Source of the DNA: Abditibacterium sp.
GTDB lineage: Bacteria > Armatimonadota > Abditibacteriia > Abditibacteriales > Abditibacteriaceae
DNA length: 64,000 nucleotides
Direction: 5' to 3'
NCBI GenBank assembly: GCA_965246885.1
Contig: OZ251992.1
Span: forward strand, 1,088,001-1,152,000
Shown here: piece after piece, positions 1-9,650 of the stretch
How the letters are laid out: each line of letters starts with the position of its first letter
How positions within the stretch are numbered: the first letter of the stretch is position 1
Translations under genes and position numbers: made by a program
Notes under the pieces: generated by a model
Databases searched by the model: none
What the model was told of the DNA's origin: nothing
Seen by the model: only the letters and a program-made list of their open reading frames with translations

Positions 1-6
1 GACGGC

Positions 7-1452
7 GTGCGCGCTCTCGACCCGCCCGTCGCGCCCGATTTGGAGGGCGCCGAGGAAGAGTTGCAGCGCGGCGTTGTCGGCGTGCAAGAAACGCTCGCCG
101 CCTTCAAAATAGACGCGCGCGTGACCGATGTCAAGCGCGGCCCGGTGATTACCCGCTACGAAGTGCAACCCGCGCCGGGCGTGCGCGTGGCGACGATTGC
201 TAACCTCGACCGCGACTTGGCGCGCAGTTTAAGCGCTCTCGCCGTTCGCATCGAAGCGCCGGTGCCGGGGAAAAACGTCGTCGGCATCGAAGTGCCCAAC
301 CGCAAAGTCCACCTCGTCCGCATGCGCGACGTATTGGAGCAGCACGACTTTCTGGCGCACCCGTCGAAGTTAGCGTTTGTGTTGGGGAAGGACATCGCGG
401 GCCAACCAAAGTGGGGCGACCTCGCCAAAATGCCGCACTTGCTTATCGCGGGCAGCACGAACTCCGGCAAATCGGTGTGCCTGAACTCCATTATTGCCTC
501 GATTCTCGTGCGAAGCGGCCCAGAAGAAGTGCGCTTTTCGCTCATTGACCCCAAGCGCGTGGAACTGACGCTGTATCGGGGCTTGCCGCATCTAATGCAC
601 GATGTCGTGGTCGAGCCAAAGCAAGCCGTCGTCGCGCTGCGCCGCGCCATCGAAGAGATGGATAGGCGCTACCGCTTGTTCGCTAACCGGGGGGTGCGCA
701 ACATCGCGTCGCACAACGCCAAATTGCAAGCGGGCGAGCGGCCCATGCCCTACATCGTCATCGTCATTGATGAGTTGGCCGACCTGATGATGACCGCCGC
801 CGCCGAGTTCGAGAAGCTCATCTGCCGCCTCGCGCAACTCGCGCGGGCAACGGGTATCCACTTGATCGTTGCGACGCAACGACCAAGTGTAAACGTCATC
901 ACGGGCGTCATCAAGGCCAACATTCCGGCGCGCATCGCCTTCGCGGTCGCCTCGCAAGTGGACTCCCGCACCATCCTCGACAGCGTGGGCGCCGAACGGC
1001 TGATTGGGAGTGGCGATATGCTGTTCGACGCCAACAACGGCGGCAAATCGGTGCGCATCCAAGGCGCCTTCCTCAGCGAAGAGGAAGTCAACCGCGTGGT
1101 CGAAGTCGTCAAAGCCAACTACGCCGACGAGGACGCCGTTTCCGACGACCTGCCGACCTTCGACCTCTTCGTCGAGGACGAGTCCGACGAAGATGACGCC
1201 CGCTCCGGCGGCTACTCGCCCGACGAAAAGCGCGACTCGCTCTACGCCGACATCGTGGAGTTCTGCCTGCGCCACAACGAAATGAGCGCGAGCAACATCC
1301 AGCGCAAGTTCGGCATCGGCTACCCCCGCGCCGGGAGAATCGTAGACCAATTAGAACGCGCCGGAGTCCTCAGCCCCGCCGACGGGCCAAAACCGAGGAA
1401 GGTGTTGGGGCGGGGCGGCGGGGACGGGAGTGAGGATGAGGAGGACGGATGA
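7..1452 (+). CDS. ftsK: FtsK/SpoIIIE DNA translocase (5'-truncated by window edge)
   Basis: Walker A AGSTNSGKS, IDPKRVEL, IVIVIDELADLMM, ATQRPSV, GAERLIGSGDML and C-terminal gamma domain SASNIQRKFGIGYPRAGRIVDQLE. Confidence 0.95.
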   Translation: MRALDPPVAPDLEGAEEELQRGVVGVQETLAAFKIDARVTDVKRGPVITRYEVQPAPGVRVATIANLDRDLARSLSALAVRIEAPVPGKNVVGIEVPNRKVHLVRMRDVLEQHDFLAHPSKLAFVLGKDIAGQPKWGDLAKMPHLLIAGSTNSGKSVCLNSIIASILVRSGPEEVRFSLIDPKRVELTLYRGLPHLMHDVVVEPKQAVVALRRAIEEMDRRYRLFANRGVRNIASHNAKLQAGERPMPYIVIVIDELADLMMTAAAEFEKLICRLAQLARATGIHLIVATQRPSVNVITGVIKANIPARIAFAVASQVDSRTILDSVGAERLIGSGDMLFDANNGGKSVRIQGAFLSEEEVNRVVEVVKANYADEDAVSDDLPTFDLFVEDESDEDDARSGGYSPDEKRDSLYADIVEFCLRHNEMSASNIQRKFGIGYPRAGRIVDQLERAGVLSPADGPKPRKVLGRGGGDGSEDEEDG

Positions 1453-1784
1453 CGCCTAAAAAGCTGATCCTGTATAAAACGGAAATCAAAACTCCGCCGC
1501 TTTCGGCTGCTGCGCGTCTTGAGGTCGGGCAGTTGCTTCGTAAATTGCTCGATGGGGAGTCGTTATCCATGCCACACTCGCGTCCAATGCCCACAATTGG
1601 GGCGCGCGTTCACGAACTGCGCGTCAACGATGAGAACCAAACGTGGCGCCTCATTTATCGCTTGGATAGAGACGAAGTTTTGGTGGTGGACTTGTTTTCT
1701 AAGAAGACCCAGCAAACCGCTCTTCCAGACATCCGCCGCAGCCAAGGCCGACTGCGCGCTTATGACGATTCGCTGAACGCATAA
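1449..1784 (+). CDS. Type II toxin, RelE/HigB (Gp49-like) family
   Basis: KTPPLS..R.EVG.LLR.L..GE.L.MPHSRPMP.IG.RVHELRV.D...WRLIYR...FSKKTQ; ATGA overlap with the ftsK stop. Confidence 0.85.
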   Translation: MTPKKLILYKTEIKTPPLSAAARLEVGQLLRKLLDGESLSMPHSRPMPTIGARVHELRVNDENQTWRLIYRLDRDEVLVVDLFSKKTQQTALPDIRRSQGRLRAYDDSLNA

Positions 1785-1798
1785 ATCAAAGGGAAACC

Positions 1799-2137
1799 AT
1801 GAACCAAGAAACCAAAGACAGATTGGAAAAAGCGGGTTGGGTCGAAACCACCGTCGCCGACTTTTTGAACCTGACACCCGAAGAAGAAGCTCTCGTTGAC
1901 ACGGGCCTTGTCCTGTCGAACATGATGAAAGAAGCGCGCGAAGCCCACCACCTCTCGCCCGCCGAAGTCGAGGCGCGTGTCGGACTCAAAGCGGGCCAAG
2001 TCGCGGAGTTGGAAGGCGCCGTCGGCCTCGATTTCGGCACCGCGTTCCACGTCCTCTACGCTCTGGGCATCTCGCCCCGCGAGATCGGCGAGCGACTGGC
2101 GCCCGTTGAACTCAAACGCGCCGAGTTGGTGGCGTGA
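1799..2137 (+). CDS. XRE-family HTH antitoxin (HigA-like)
   Basis: RLEKAGW..TVADFLNLTPEE N-terminus plus HTH (AREAHHLSPAEVEARVGLKAGQVAELE); directly downstream of the toxin. Confidence 0.8.
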   Translation: MNQETKDRLEKAGWVETTVADFLNLTPEEEALVDTGLVLSNMMKEAREAHHLSPAEVEARVGLKAGQVAELEGAVGLDFGTAFHVLYALGISPREIGERLAPVELKRAELVA

Positions 2138-2141
2138 TTTT

Positions 2142-3128
2142 ATGCCGCCGAAAGAGGAATTGTTCAGGCCATTTGAGAAATTGCTCCCTATTTCTCATGG
2201 CAAGACCCAAAATGTTTTAGAGTGGACGGGCGTTGTCCGTCAGCCAGTGGCTGGGTCTCTTCTCTTCTGGCTCCGTCCGCAAGGCGCACCTGTGGACAAA
2301 CTGTTTTTCTGCGCAGTTGATTCCTTGCTTACTGTGGCGCGTTGTCCCCCTCAAAATCTTGATTTGTTCTTTGAAGAGTGGTTGCCGAAGTTTTGGAGCG
2401 CCAAGAAACTTCACCGTGTGGTTTGGTTGCCGCGCACCATCCCCGACGCGCCCGAAAGCTGGATGATATTGAAACCGGGAGAAGCTGGGCTTGTGACGGG
2501 CGAGGGCACGCACTACGCCAATTGGAACTCACCGAGATTTGGTTTTATGGCGCCCGACTTTGTGTATGATGCGCCTCAAACCGTTTTGGAAAGCTGCGTA
2601 GAACGCACGGCTGAAGCCGAACCAGAGCGTTGGGAGGGTGTTGTCCGATGGGCGCGAATGACACCAGAAGAGAGATTTTGGTCGTTGGTTTCTTGGGAGC
2701 GCGGTAATCCCTCGGAGTGGATGGGATTGATGCGCGCGTTGCTTCAACTCGATGCCCGACGCGCGCCGTTTGCCGAGGAGAGATTGACATGGCGATTGGA
2801 TTTCGCGTGGGACACGAAATTGCCGACTTTGCCCGTGCCGCTCGGAATGAACCCCTATGATTTGAACCCTTACGGTTTGAAGTCCATACCTACAAAGCTC
2901 GCGGCTTTAGCTCAACAACACTTCGGCGCGATGGTGGACTACAGCCAATGGAGAATCAAGCGCGCAAGGCGCAGTCCCTTCCTTCCGCTTCTCGTCAACC
3001 CCGCAGTCACAGTGACGCACCCATCCCAACACGAACGGATGGAAGCCCTCGAACTCTGGCGCGATTTCGGGCGGCGGAGCGGCCAACTGGCGCGCGTCGA
3101 GGAGTTGCTGCGCGAACTGCTCGCGTGA
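2142..3128 (+). CDS. Hypothetical protein
   Basis: Long ORF with ATG 4 nt after the antitoxin stop; no recognised family. Confidence 0.65.
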   Translation: MPPKEELFRPFEKLLPISHGKTQNVLEWTGVVRQPVAGSLLFWLRPQGAPVDKLFFCAVDSLLTVARCPPQNLDLFFEEWLPKFWSAKKLHRVVWLPRTIPDAPESWMILKPGEAGLVTGEGTHYANWNSPRFGFMAPDFVYDAPQTVLESCVERTAEAEPERWEGVVRWARMTPEERFWSLVSWERGNPSEWMGLMRALLQLDARRAPFAEERLTWRLDFAWDTKLPTLPVPLGMNPYDLNPYGLKSIPTKLAALAQQHFGAMVDYSQWRIKRARRSPFLPLLVNPAVTVTHPSQHERMEALELWRDFGRRSGQLARVEELLRELLA

Positions 3129-3206
3129 GGAAGCGCCCCACCCACGCAACGCCCCGCCCCTTCTACTCGTTTACTCGAAAGGCGACCTTCGTGCCTCTTG
3201 CTCGTT

Positions 3207-4667
3207 ATGCGGTCTTCTCCTTCCAAATTGCGCGTTCACACCTTTCGCCCGCGTCGGCGGCTGAGTGCCAAGTGGTTGCTACTTCCCGGCGCGCTTGCGC
3301 TGGGCGGCGGGGTGATGTGGGGGGCGCGGCATACGGCGTCGCTCAAGGTCGGGGCGCGGGATGCGCTGGGGTATATCCCGACTTCGACGCTGTTTGTGCC
3401 GGTGTTTTATGACTCGACCATCCACGAAGAGACCCTCCCCGAAGCGCCGCCTTTTCATGGGCCTTGGAACGACCGGGTTTTGTTTCTGGGGATGAACCCC
3501 AGTTCGGTGCGCACCGCGACGAGGCAGATGAGGAAGCACGCGGAGTTGGAAGTCATTACCGATTCCGGCTTGCCCGACCATGTGAAGGTCGGCGGCAAGT
3601 GGATGGAGTTGGGGTCGTCGTATGGCATCGCGGCGTTTGTCAAGACGCTCGGCTTGCCCCCAAAGAACGCGGCGGGGGTGCGGCGGGCGCTTGCGATTTG
3701 CGAGACCGGGGCGCGCGACGAGTTAGGGCAGTTGGCGATGGTGTGGGCGCGCGGCGAAAAGGGCGCCCACATTCCGTCGCGCATGGTGTTGGCGGGGCAC
3801 TCGAACGGCGACGGCGTGTGGGGCGACGACAACGGGAGCCTGCGGCTGGGGCCGCTTCTGCAACTGTCGCGGGCGTTGCCGCACGCGACGTGTCAGATAG
3901 AAGATGCCTTCGTCACGGGCTGCTATTCGGGCGGCGAAGTGACGATGGATCAGTACCTGCTGATTTTCCCGCGCGCCAAAACGATTTGGGCCTACGACGC
4001 GCAGGCGCCGGGCGTGGACAACGGCGCAACCGTTGACCAAGCCGGATGGGAAGCCGCGACGCGCGGACGCAACTCGTCTTACATTCCGTCCACAAGTGCT
4101 TCGGCGGGCAAGTATCTGGCAATTTGGAGCGTCACGACCGGCTACCACGCCCGCAAGCCGCCGCTTAATCTCGCGCAACTGCGCGGCAAAGTGCAGTGGA
4201 TGGACGAACACTTCGGCACGCCCGCGCTCGCGGGGCAAGATTGGGCCTTTGACGGCGGCTACCGCATCCCCATCCGCATCACCGACCCGCACACTGGGCT
4301 GGTGCGGCAGTATTATTCGTGGCTGGTGCGCCTCACGCAAAACAAAAAGCTGGACGACGACGAGCGCGGGCTGTGGAACGACAAAAAGCAGCAGACCATC
4401 CGGTTACTCTACTGGGGCACCTCAGTCGCGCCGCGCTTCGGGCGCATCTATGGCGCGCAAATCCGCGCCGGTTACGCGGACTTGGGCCTCTCGGCTCCCG
4501 ATTTCGCCCACGCCGACCGCGCCGAAGCCGTCCGCGCAGTGAACGAATATCTCGCGCGTTTGGCGAAAACTCCGCGCGCTTCAACCCGCGCGCAAAACGT
4601 CGGCTCGCTCTTGCAACGCGGGGTGAAGGATTTAGACCCGTCGGTGATTCCCGACGGCTGGGTGTAG
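3207..4667 (+). CDS. Exported/membrane-anchored hypothetical protein with putative clan-CD-like His/Cys dyad
   Basis: Basic N-terminus plus hydrophobic segment; motifs VLAGHSNG and AFVTGCYSGG. Confidence 0.6.
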   Translation: MRSSPSKLRVHTFRPRRRLSAKWLLLPGALALGGGVMWGARHTASLKVGARDALGYIPTSTLFVPVFYDSTIHEETLPEAPPFHGPWNDRVLFLGMNPSSVRTATRQMRKHAELEVITDSGLPDHVKVGGKWMELGSSYGIAAFVKTLGLPPKNAAGVRRALAICETGARDELGQLAMVWARGEKGAHIPSRMVLAGHSNGDGVWGDDNGSLRLGPLLQLSRALPHATCQIEDAFVTGCYSGGEVTMDQYLLIFPRAKTIWAYDAQAPGVDNGATVDQAGWEAATRGRNSSYIPSTSASAGKYLAIWSVTTGYHARKPPLNLAQLRGKVQWMDEHFGTPALAGQDWAFDGGYRIPIRITDPHTGLVRQYYSWLVRLTQNKKLDDDERGLWNDKKQQTIRLLYWGTSVAPRFGRIYGAQIRAGYADLGLSAPDFAHADRAEAVRAVNEYLARLAKTPRASTRAQNVGSLLQRGVKDLDPSVIPDGWV

Positions 4668-4684
4668 GGCGCCGCGTGTTATCT

Positions 4685-4853
4685 TCCGACCACTGAAGTG
4701 GCGGCTTGGGGGCCTGCGGCCAAGCGTCGGCTTTCGCCGACCAGTCACATCTACAACTCCGTTGCGCATGGACGACAAAGTGGCGATTGCCAAATAGCCC
4801 GCGCAGGCGGGCGTCTGGCCGCAGGCCCTCAAGCCGCCACTTCAGTGGTCGGA
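4685..4853. repeat. REP/REPIN- or MITE-like palindromic element (38-bp terminal inverted repeats)
   Basis: 4685-4722 TCCGACCACTGAAGTGGCGGCTTGGGGGCCTGCGGCCA pairs with 4816-4853 (1 mismatch); inner tetraloop hairpins GTCGGC-TTTC-GCCGAC and GCCCGC-GCAG-GCGGGC. Confidence 0.8.
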
Positions 4854-4901
4854 CTACAAGGGCGGAATCAACTGCCCGCTCATTCCTTAAACTCTCCGCA
4901 C

Positions 4902-6491
4902 GTGTTATCTCTTTCCAAGATTTACAAACAATACGGCACGCAAGTCCTCTACGACGACGCCGAACTTTTTATTGGCCCCGACGACCGCGTCGGGCTGGTT
5001 GGCCCCAACGGGATGGGCAAGTCCACCGTGTTCAAGATGATTATGGGGACGGAAGAGCCAGATCAGGGCACCATCACGCTCGACCCCGGTAAATCCATCG
5101 GCATGCTTTCGCAGGAGTCGCAGTGTCGCTTGGGCATCACCGTGCGCGAGGAAATGCAGTCGGCCTTCCCCGAAGCCGACGACGCGCAGAATGAAATCAT
5201 GGCGCTGTCGGAGAAGTTGGAGTTCGCCCGCGACCACGAAGCGCGCTCGGCTTTGCGGCAACTCGCGCAAGCGCAGATTAATCTCGAACTGCAAGGCACG
5301 GAAACGATGGAAGCGCGCATCGCCAAAGTCCTGAACGGGCTGGGTTTCCCGCAGGATTCCCTCTCGCGCATGACCGACTCCTTTTCGGGCGGCTGGCAAA
5401 TGCGCATCGCCTTGGCGAAGTTGCTCTTGCGCCAGCCCGACCTAATGCTCCTCGACGAGCCGACGAACCATCTTGATGCCAAGGCTGTGCGCTGGCTGGA
5501 AGGCTACATTGCGACCTATCCCGGCAGCGTCTTCATCATTTCGCACGAGGGCGATTTCCTCGACTCCACCTGCGAGCGTATCATCGAAGTGGACGAGGGC
5601 AAGCTGGTTTCTTACACGGGGAACTTTTCGGACTTCAAGGAGCAAAAGGAAGCCAACCGCGTCGCGCACGCCAACGCCTACGAGCGCCAAGTCAAGGAGT
5701 TGGAGCGCCAGCAAGTCTTTATTGACCGCTTCGGCGCCAAAGCGACCAAAGCGCGCGCCGTCAAATCGCGCGAAAAAGCCATTGAGCGCGTCGAGAAGAT
5801 CGAGGCGCCCAAAGTCAAAGAGCGCAAGATTAGCCTCGAATTCCCCGAAGCCGTCCAGTCGTCGCAAGAACCCATGCGACTCCGCAAAGTCACCGTCCGC
5901 TACGGCGAAAAAACCGTCTTGGACAACGTGGACTTCAAGCTCAAGCGCGGCGACCGCATCGCTCTCCTTGGCCCCAACGGAGCCGGAAAATCCACGCTCA
6001 TCCGCATCCTGTCCGGCGCCGAACAACCCACTTCCGGCGAACGCGAAGAAGGGCGCAACCTCATCATCGGCTACTTCGCGCAACACCAAGCCGAAGCCTT
6101 GGACGCCAACAAGTCCGTCTTGGATGAAACCTTGGACGGCTTGGAATCGCGCCCCGAACCCATCGCCCGCAACTTGTTGGGCCGCCTCCTGCTACGCGGC
6201 GAAGCCGTTTACAAACCCGTCAAAGTCGTCTCCGGCGGCGAACGCTCCCGCATCGCGCTCGCCAAGTTCCTGCTGCGCCCCGCGAACTTGTTGCTCCTCG
6301 ACGAGCCGACGAACCACCTCGACGCCAACTCGCGCGAAGTCCTTATCGAAGCCCTGCAAAGTTTCAAGGGCACCCTCGTCATGGCCTCGCACGACGAGGA
6401 ATTTATCAAAGCCGTCGCGGTAGATTCCTACACGCTCGGCGACGGCCACATCGTCGAAAACCGCACGCCTGTTGGAACGGGGAAGAAGTAA
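4902..6491 (+). CDS. ABC-F family ATP-binding protein
   Basis: Two ABC cassettes (GPNGMGKST, FSGGWQMR, LLDEPTNHLD; GPNGAGKST, VSGGERSR) with a linker and no TM segment; GTG start at 4902 inferred. Confidence 0.95.
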   Translation: MLSLSKIYKQYGTQVLYDDAELFIGPDDRVGLVGPNGMGKSTVFKMIMGTEEPDQGTITLDPGKSIGMLSQESQCRLGITVREEMQSAFPEADDAQNEIMALSEKLEFARDHEARSALRQLAQAQINLELQGTETMEARIAKVLNGLGFPQDSLSRMTDSFSGGWQMRIALAKLLLRQPDLMLLDEPTNHLDAKAVRWLEGYIATYPGSVFIISHEGDFLDSTCERIIEVDEGKLVSYTGNFSDFKEQKEANRVAHANAYERQVKELERQQVFIDRFGAKATKARAVKSREKAIERVEKIEAPKVKERKISLEFPEAVQSSQEPMRLRKVTVRYGEKTVLDNVDFKLKRGDRIALLGPNGAGKSTLIRILSGAEQPTSGEREEGRNLIIGYFAQHQAEALDANKSVLDETLDGLESRPEPIARNLLGRLLLRGEAVYKPVKVVSGGERSRIALAKFLLRPANLLLLDEPTNHLDANSREVLIEALQSFKGTLVMASHDEEFIKAVAVDSYTLGDGHIVENRTPVGTGKK

Positions 6492-6495
6492 CGCC

Positions 6496-6525
6496 AAGAG
6501 CCGCTTTAACTGGAGCGGCTCTTTT
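6496..6525 (+). terminator. Intrinsic terminator-like hairpin
   Basis: AAGAGCCGCT..AGCGGCTCTTTT directly after the ABC-F stop, overlapping the end of the convergent gene. Confidence 0.6.
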
Positions 6526-7057
6526 GCCTCTTCTTATATTTGTGATAGCCGGTGTCCCATTCGACATTTACCGTCAACTGCTCTCCAAGCAGCGATTCCA
6601 AGGATTGGAGCAGGGATTTCGCTTCGCGGACGTGTTCGACCCTCATTTCAAACTTCTTCCCTTCCGGGGTGCGGAAGAACCAGCGCAGGGCGTGCATGTC
6701 GTTGAGACCGCGAAAGGCTCCGGGCGCCTCGATGCGACAGTCGGCGAACTGGGTGGCTTCCAATTTGAAGCTCCCCTCGCGCGTTTGCAGCAGTTCGTCC
6801 GGCTGTTGAGAATCGGCGGCGGTGGCGTTTCGTTTGGCTTCCTCCTTCGCTTTTGTTTGTCGGTGCATGAAAAAAAGCGTCGCTATGGAAAGAATGCCGA
6901 AGGAGAAAGTGCCGTCCGTGCCTTGCTTGCCAACGGGGATGAAGTAAACCAAATCGCTCTGGATGTAAACGCGGTAAAGAACATCGGCGCCCCACGACGA
7001 CACCGATTGGACTGAAAAGGGGCGTGGCTTGGGTTTCGAGTCTTCTTGCAGTGCCAT
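6506..7057 (-). CDS. Hypothetical protein with one hydrophobic segment
   Basis: ORF from MALQEDSKP with GAGGA upstream; hydrophobic FSFGILSIATLFFM. Confidence 0.55.
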   Translation of the reverse strand: MALQEDSKPKPRPFSVQSVSSWGADVLYRVYIQSDLVYFIPVGKQGTDGTFSFGILSIATLFFMHRQTKAKEEAKRNATAADSQQPDELLQTREGSFKLEATQFADCRIEAPGAFRGLNDMHALRWFFRTPEGKKFEMRVEHVREAKSLLQSLESLLGEQLTVNVEWDTGYHKYKKRQKSRSS

Positions 7058-7144
7058 TGGGTGTTCCTCCCAAAAGATTCTAACCGAAGAGGGGTGCGAG
7101 AGGTGCCCATTTTTGCTATTCTGGCACCTTCGCCAATCCACATT

Positions 7145-7975
7145 ATGAAAATTGCGCTTCAACTGGGCCTGATACCGGGCCAAACGACCTCCGACAAAGC
7201 CAAATGGTGCGCCGACAACGGCGTTGACGGCATCGAACTGACGCTTTTCGGCACGCTTCCTCCCGGCCTGTACAAACAGGCCGACGAGATAAACGGTGTC
7301 GTGAAAGTTTGTTCCGTGTGCGGCAACGCGGGCACTGACGGCGCTGGGTCGTTCGATTTTTTGCATCCCGACTTCGCAAAGCGGCGCGCGTCCATTGACG
7401 CTTCGCTCGCCGCGCTCGCGTTTTGCGGGGAAGTCGGCGCCATCGGGCAAATCGTGCCGCCCATCTTCGGCGGGCCGGTCGTGCCCGACCTATCGCCGTT
7501 CAAAACGCCGCTCGAACTCGAAGAGGAACTCATGATTGCCGCCGCCAAAGAGTTGGGCGAGTTCGCGGCTTCCAAGAACACCCTGTTCATGTTGGAACCG
7601 CTCAACCGCTATGAGCAACACTACCTCCGCACCCAAGCCGACGGCGTGCGCGTCATCAACGCCGTTGGCGGCATCGGGCACGGCGTCGGCTTGCTCAGCG
7701 ACTTCTTCCACATGCACATCGAAGAAACCAACTCTCCCGAAGCGTTCCGCCGCGCCAAGGGGTATACGGATCACATCCACTTGGCCGACAACACGCGCAT
7801 GGAGCCGGGCACCGGCGATATTGACTTTGTCGCCAGTTTCAAAGTGCTCAAAGAGAACGGCTTCGACGGGTATATGGCTTACGAGTGCGGCATCAGTGGC
7901 GACGACGCCAAAGCTAAAGAAGCGAACTTGAAGAAGTCGCTGGACTATATGCGCGAGTGCATCGCCAAAGCGTAA
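7145..7975 (+). CDS. Sugar phosphate isomerase/epimerase (xylose isomerase-like TIM barrel)
   Basis: LEPLNRYE, DFFHMHIEE, HIHLADNTR.EPGTGDIDF, MAYEC. Confidence 0.9.
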   Translation: MKIALQLGLIPGQTTSDKAKWCADNGVDGIELTLFGTLPPGLYKQADEINGVVKVCSVCGNAGTDGAGSFDFLHPDFAKRRASIDASLAALAFCGEVGAIGQIVPPIFGGPVVPDLSPFKTPLELEEELMIAAAKELGEFAASKNTLFMLEPLNRYEQHYLRTQADGVRVINAVGGIGHGVGLLSDFFHMHIEETNSPEAFRRAKGYTDHIHLADNTRMEPGTGDIDFVASFKVLKENGFDGYMAYECGISGDDAKAKEANLKKSLDYMRECIAKA

Positions 7976-7999
7976 ACATAAATAGAAGGAACAACCATC

Positions 8000-9004
8000 A
8001 TGAAAGCTATTCTCACCGGGTTAGGGGGCCAAGGCTTGTCTTGGCTCCAAGACATTCGCAAGCGCGACGACGTGGAAGTCGTCGCTTTCGTTGAACCGTT
8101 CGAGGCGTCCATTTCGCGCGCCGTCGAGCAACACGCCGTGCCGCGCGAGCGCATCTTCCCGTCGCTCGACGAAGCCATTAAGAACGCTCAGGCCGACTTC
8201 GTTCTCGATGTCACGCCGCCCGCCGTTCACCACGAAGTCGCGCTCAAGGCTTTCGCCGCCGGATTGCACGTGTTGGGCGAAAAGCCGCTCAGCGACAACT
8301 TCGAGACCGCCAAGATGGTGGCCGCCGAGGGCCAAAAGGCGGGCGTGAAGCACATGATCACGCAGAACTACCGCTTCGGCGACCAGCCGCGCACCAGTCG
8401 CAAGGTGTTGGCTGACGGCAAGATCGGTAAGCCGGGTCAGGCCGACGTGCGCTTTTACATGCCTTGGGCCGACATGCCCGGCTCGCACTATGTCACGCAG
8501 CCGTTTATGATGATCAACGACATGATGGTTCACCACTTCGACCTCATGCGCTACGTTCTGAACGACGACCCCATCTCCGTCCAAGCCATCACGTGGAATC
8601 AGCCTTGGGGCTGGCACGCGGGCGACGCCTGCCACGTCGTCGTGTTTCGCTATGCGTCGGGTTTGGTCACAACACACACTGGTTTGGGCTGTGACGTCGG
8701 GCGTCAGACGCACTGGAACGGCGACTGGCATATCGCGGGGCCGAACGGTTCTTTGGATTGGGACGGTGGCGCTACGACCTATTCTCATCAGCACCGCACG
8801 GAAAACCCCGTCAAAAACGAGCCTATCGAACACCTGTCCGTTCCGCCCGCGCGCACGGCGATGGTGGACGAGTTCTTCGCCGCCATCAAAGAGAACCGCG
8901 AACCGGAGTGCAGCGCGCAAGACAACTTGAAAAGTCTGGCAATGGTCTTCGGCGCGATTAAATCCAGCAAAGAAGGGCGACTGGTGCAAATGAGCGAGGT
9001 GTAG
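8000..9004 (+). CDS. Gfo/Idh/MocA oxidoreductase
   Basis: GLGGQG Rossmann motif, TPPAVH, HVLGEKPL, QNYRF, DMMVHHFD. Confidence 0.9.
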   Translation: MKAILTGLGGQGLSWLQDIRKRDDVEVVAFVEPFEASISRAVEQHAVPRERIFPSLDEAIKNAQADFVLDVTPPAVHHEVALKAFAAGLHVLGEKPLSDNFETAKMVAAEGQKAGVKHMITQNYRFGDQPRTSRKVLADGKIGKPGQADVRFYMPWADMPGSHYVTQPFMMINDMMVHHFDLMRYVLNDDPISVQAITWNQPWGWHAGDACHVVVFRYASGLVTTHTGLGCDVGRQTHWNGDWHIAGPNGSLDWDGGATTYSHQHRTENPVKNEPIEHLSVPPARTAMVDEFFAAIKENREPECSAQDNLKSLAMVFGAIKSSKEGRLVQMSEV

Positions 9005-9020
9005 TTCTCGCACCGCATCC

Positions 9021-9046
9021 GTAGGGGCAACCCACGTGGTTGCCCC
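9021..9046 (+). repeat. GTAG-type REP-like palindrome
   Basis: GTAG followed by the GGGGCAACC-CACGT-GGTTGCCCC hairpin in an intergenic position. Confidence 0.55.
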
Positions 9047-9062
9047 CGCGATAGTCGCCCTC

Positions 9063-9650
9063 ATGTCCCTGCAAACCCTCCTCGCCGAGCTGTCGCCCCT
9101 TGAAATTGCGGCGGCGGGAGCGTCTATGGCGGGCGTGGTGCTGACGGCGCGGCAGAAAATCGTCAACTTCCCGGTCAACATCGCCGCGAGCGTCTTGTAT
9201 GGCGTGGTGTTTTGGCGGGGCGGGTTGCTGTCGAGCGCAGGCTTGCAACTGTTCTTCGTTGGCATCGCGTTGTGGGATTGGCGGCAGTGGGCGGCAGGCG
9301 AGCAAGGCGGAGAACTGCGCGTGCGCCGCACGCCGCTTCGAGTGTGGGCGGCGCTATTGCTCGTGTGTGCGCTCGGAACGGGGGTGCAAGGCTGCTTACT
9401 CTTGCGCTTCACGCCTGCGGCGGCGGTATGGTCGGACGCGGCTTTGTCATGGGCGAGCATGGGCGCGCAGTGGATGGTGGGGCGTAAATTCGTCGAAAAC
9501 TGGGCAGTGTGGATTGTCGTGGACGCCATTTACATCTGGTTTTATTGGACGCAACGCTTGCCCATGACGAGCGCGCTTTATGCCCTGTTTTGCGCGCTTG
9601 CGGTATGGGGTTGGCTGGAATGGCGCCGCTCCGGGCAGGCGACAGCATGA
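9063..9650 (+). CDS. pnuC: Nicotinamide riboside transporter PnuC
   Basis: Multi-TM; LEIAA..LTARQ..NFP, DA..WAS..AQW...RKFVENWAVWIVVD. Confidence 0.85.
   Translation: MSLQTLLAELSPLEIAAAGASMAGVVLTARQKIVNFPVNIAASVLYGVVFWRGGLLSSAGLQLFFVGIALWDWRQWAAGEQGGELRVRRTPLRVWAALLLVCALGTGVQGCLLLRFTPAAAVWSDAALSWASMGAQWMVGRKFVENWAVWIVVDAIYIWFYWTQRLPMTSALYALFCALAVWGWLEWRRSGQATA

Noticed and set aside
9004..9063. Riboswitch upstream of pnuC
   Set aside because: The gap is about 60 nt and occupied by a REP-like palindrome; no aptamer motif seen
8021..9529. 502-aa minus-strand ORF and similar long antisense ORFs (e.g. 37356-39014, 25394-26653, 58795-59982)
   Set aside because: Shadow ORFs opposite well-supported genes, expected at high GC
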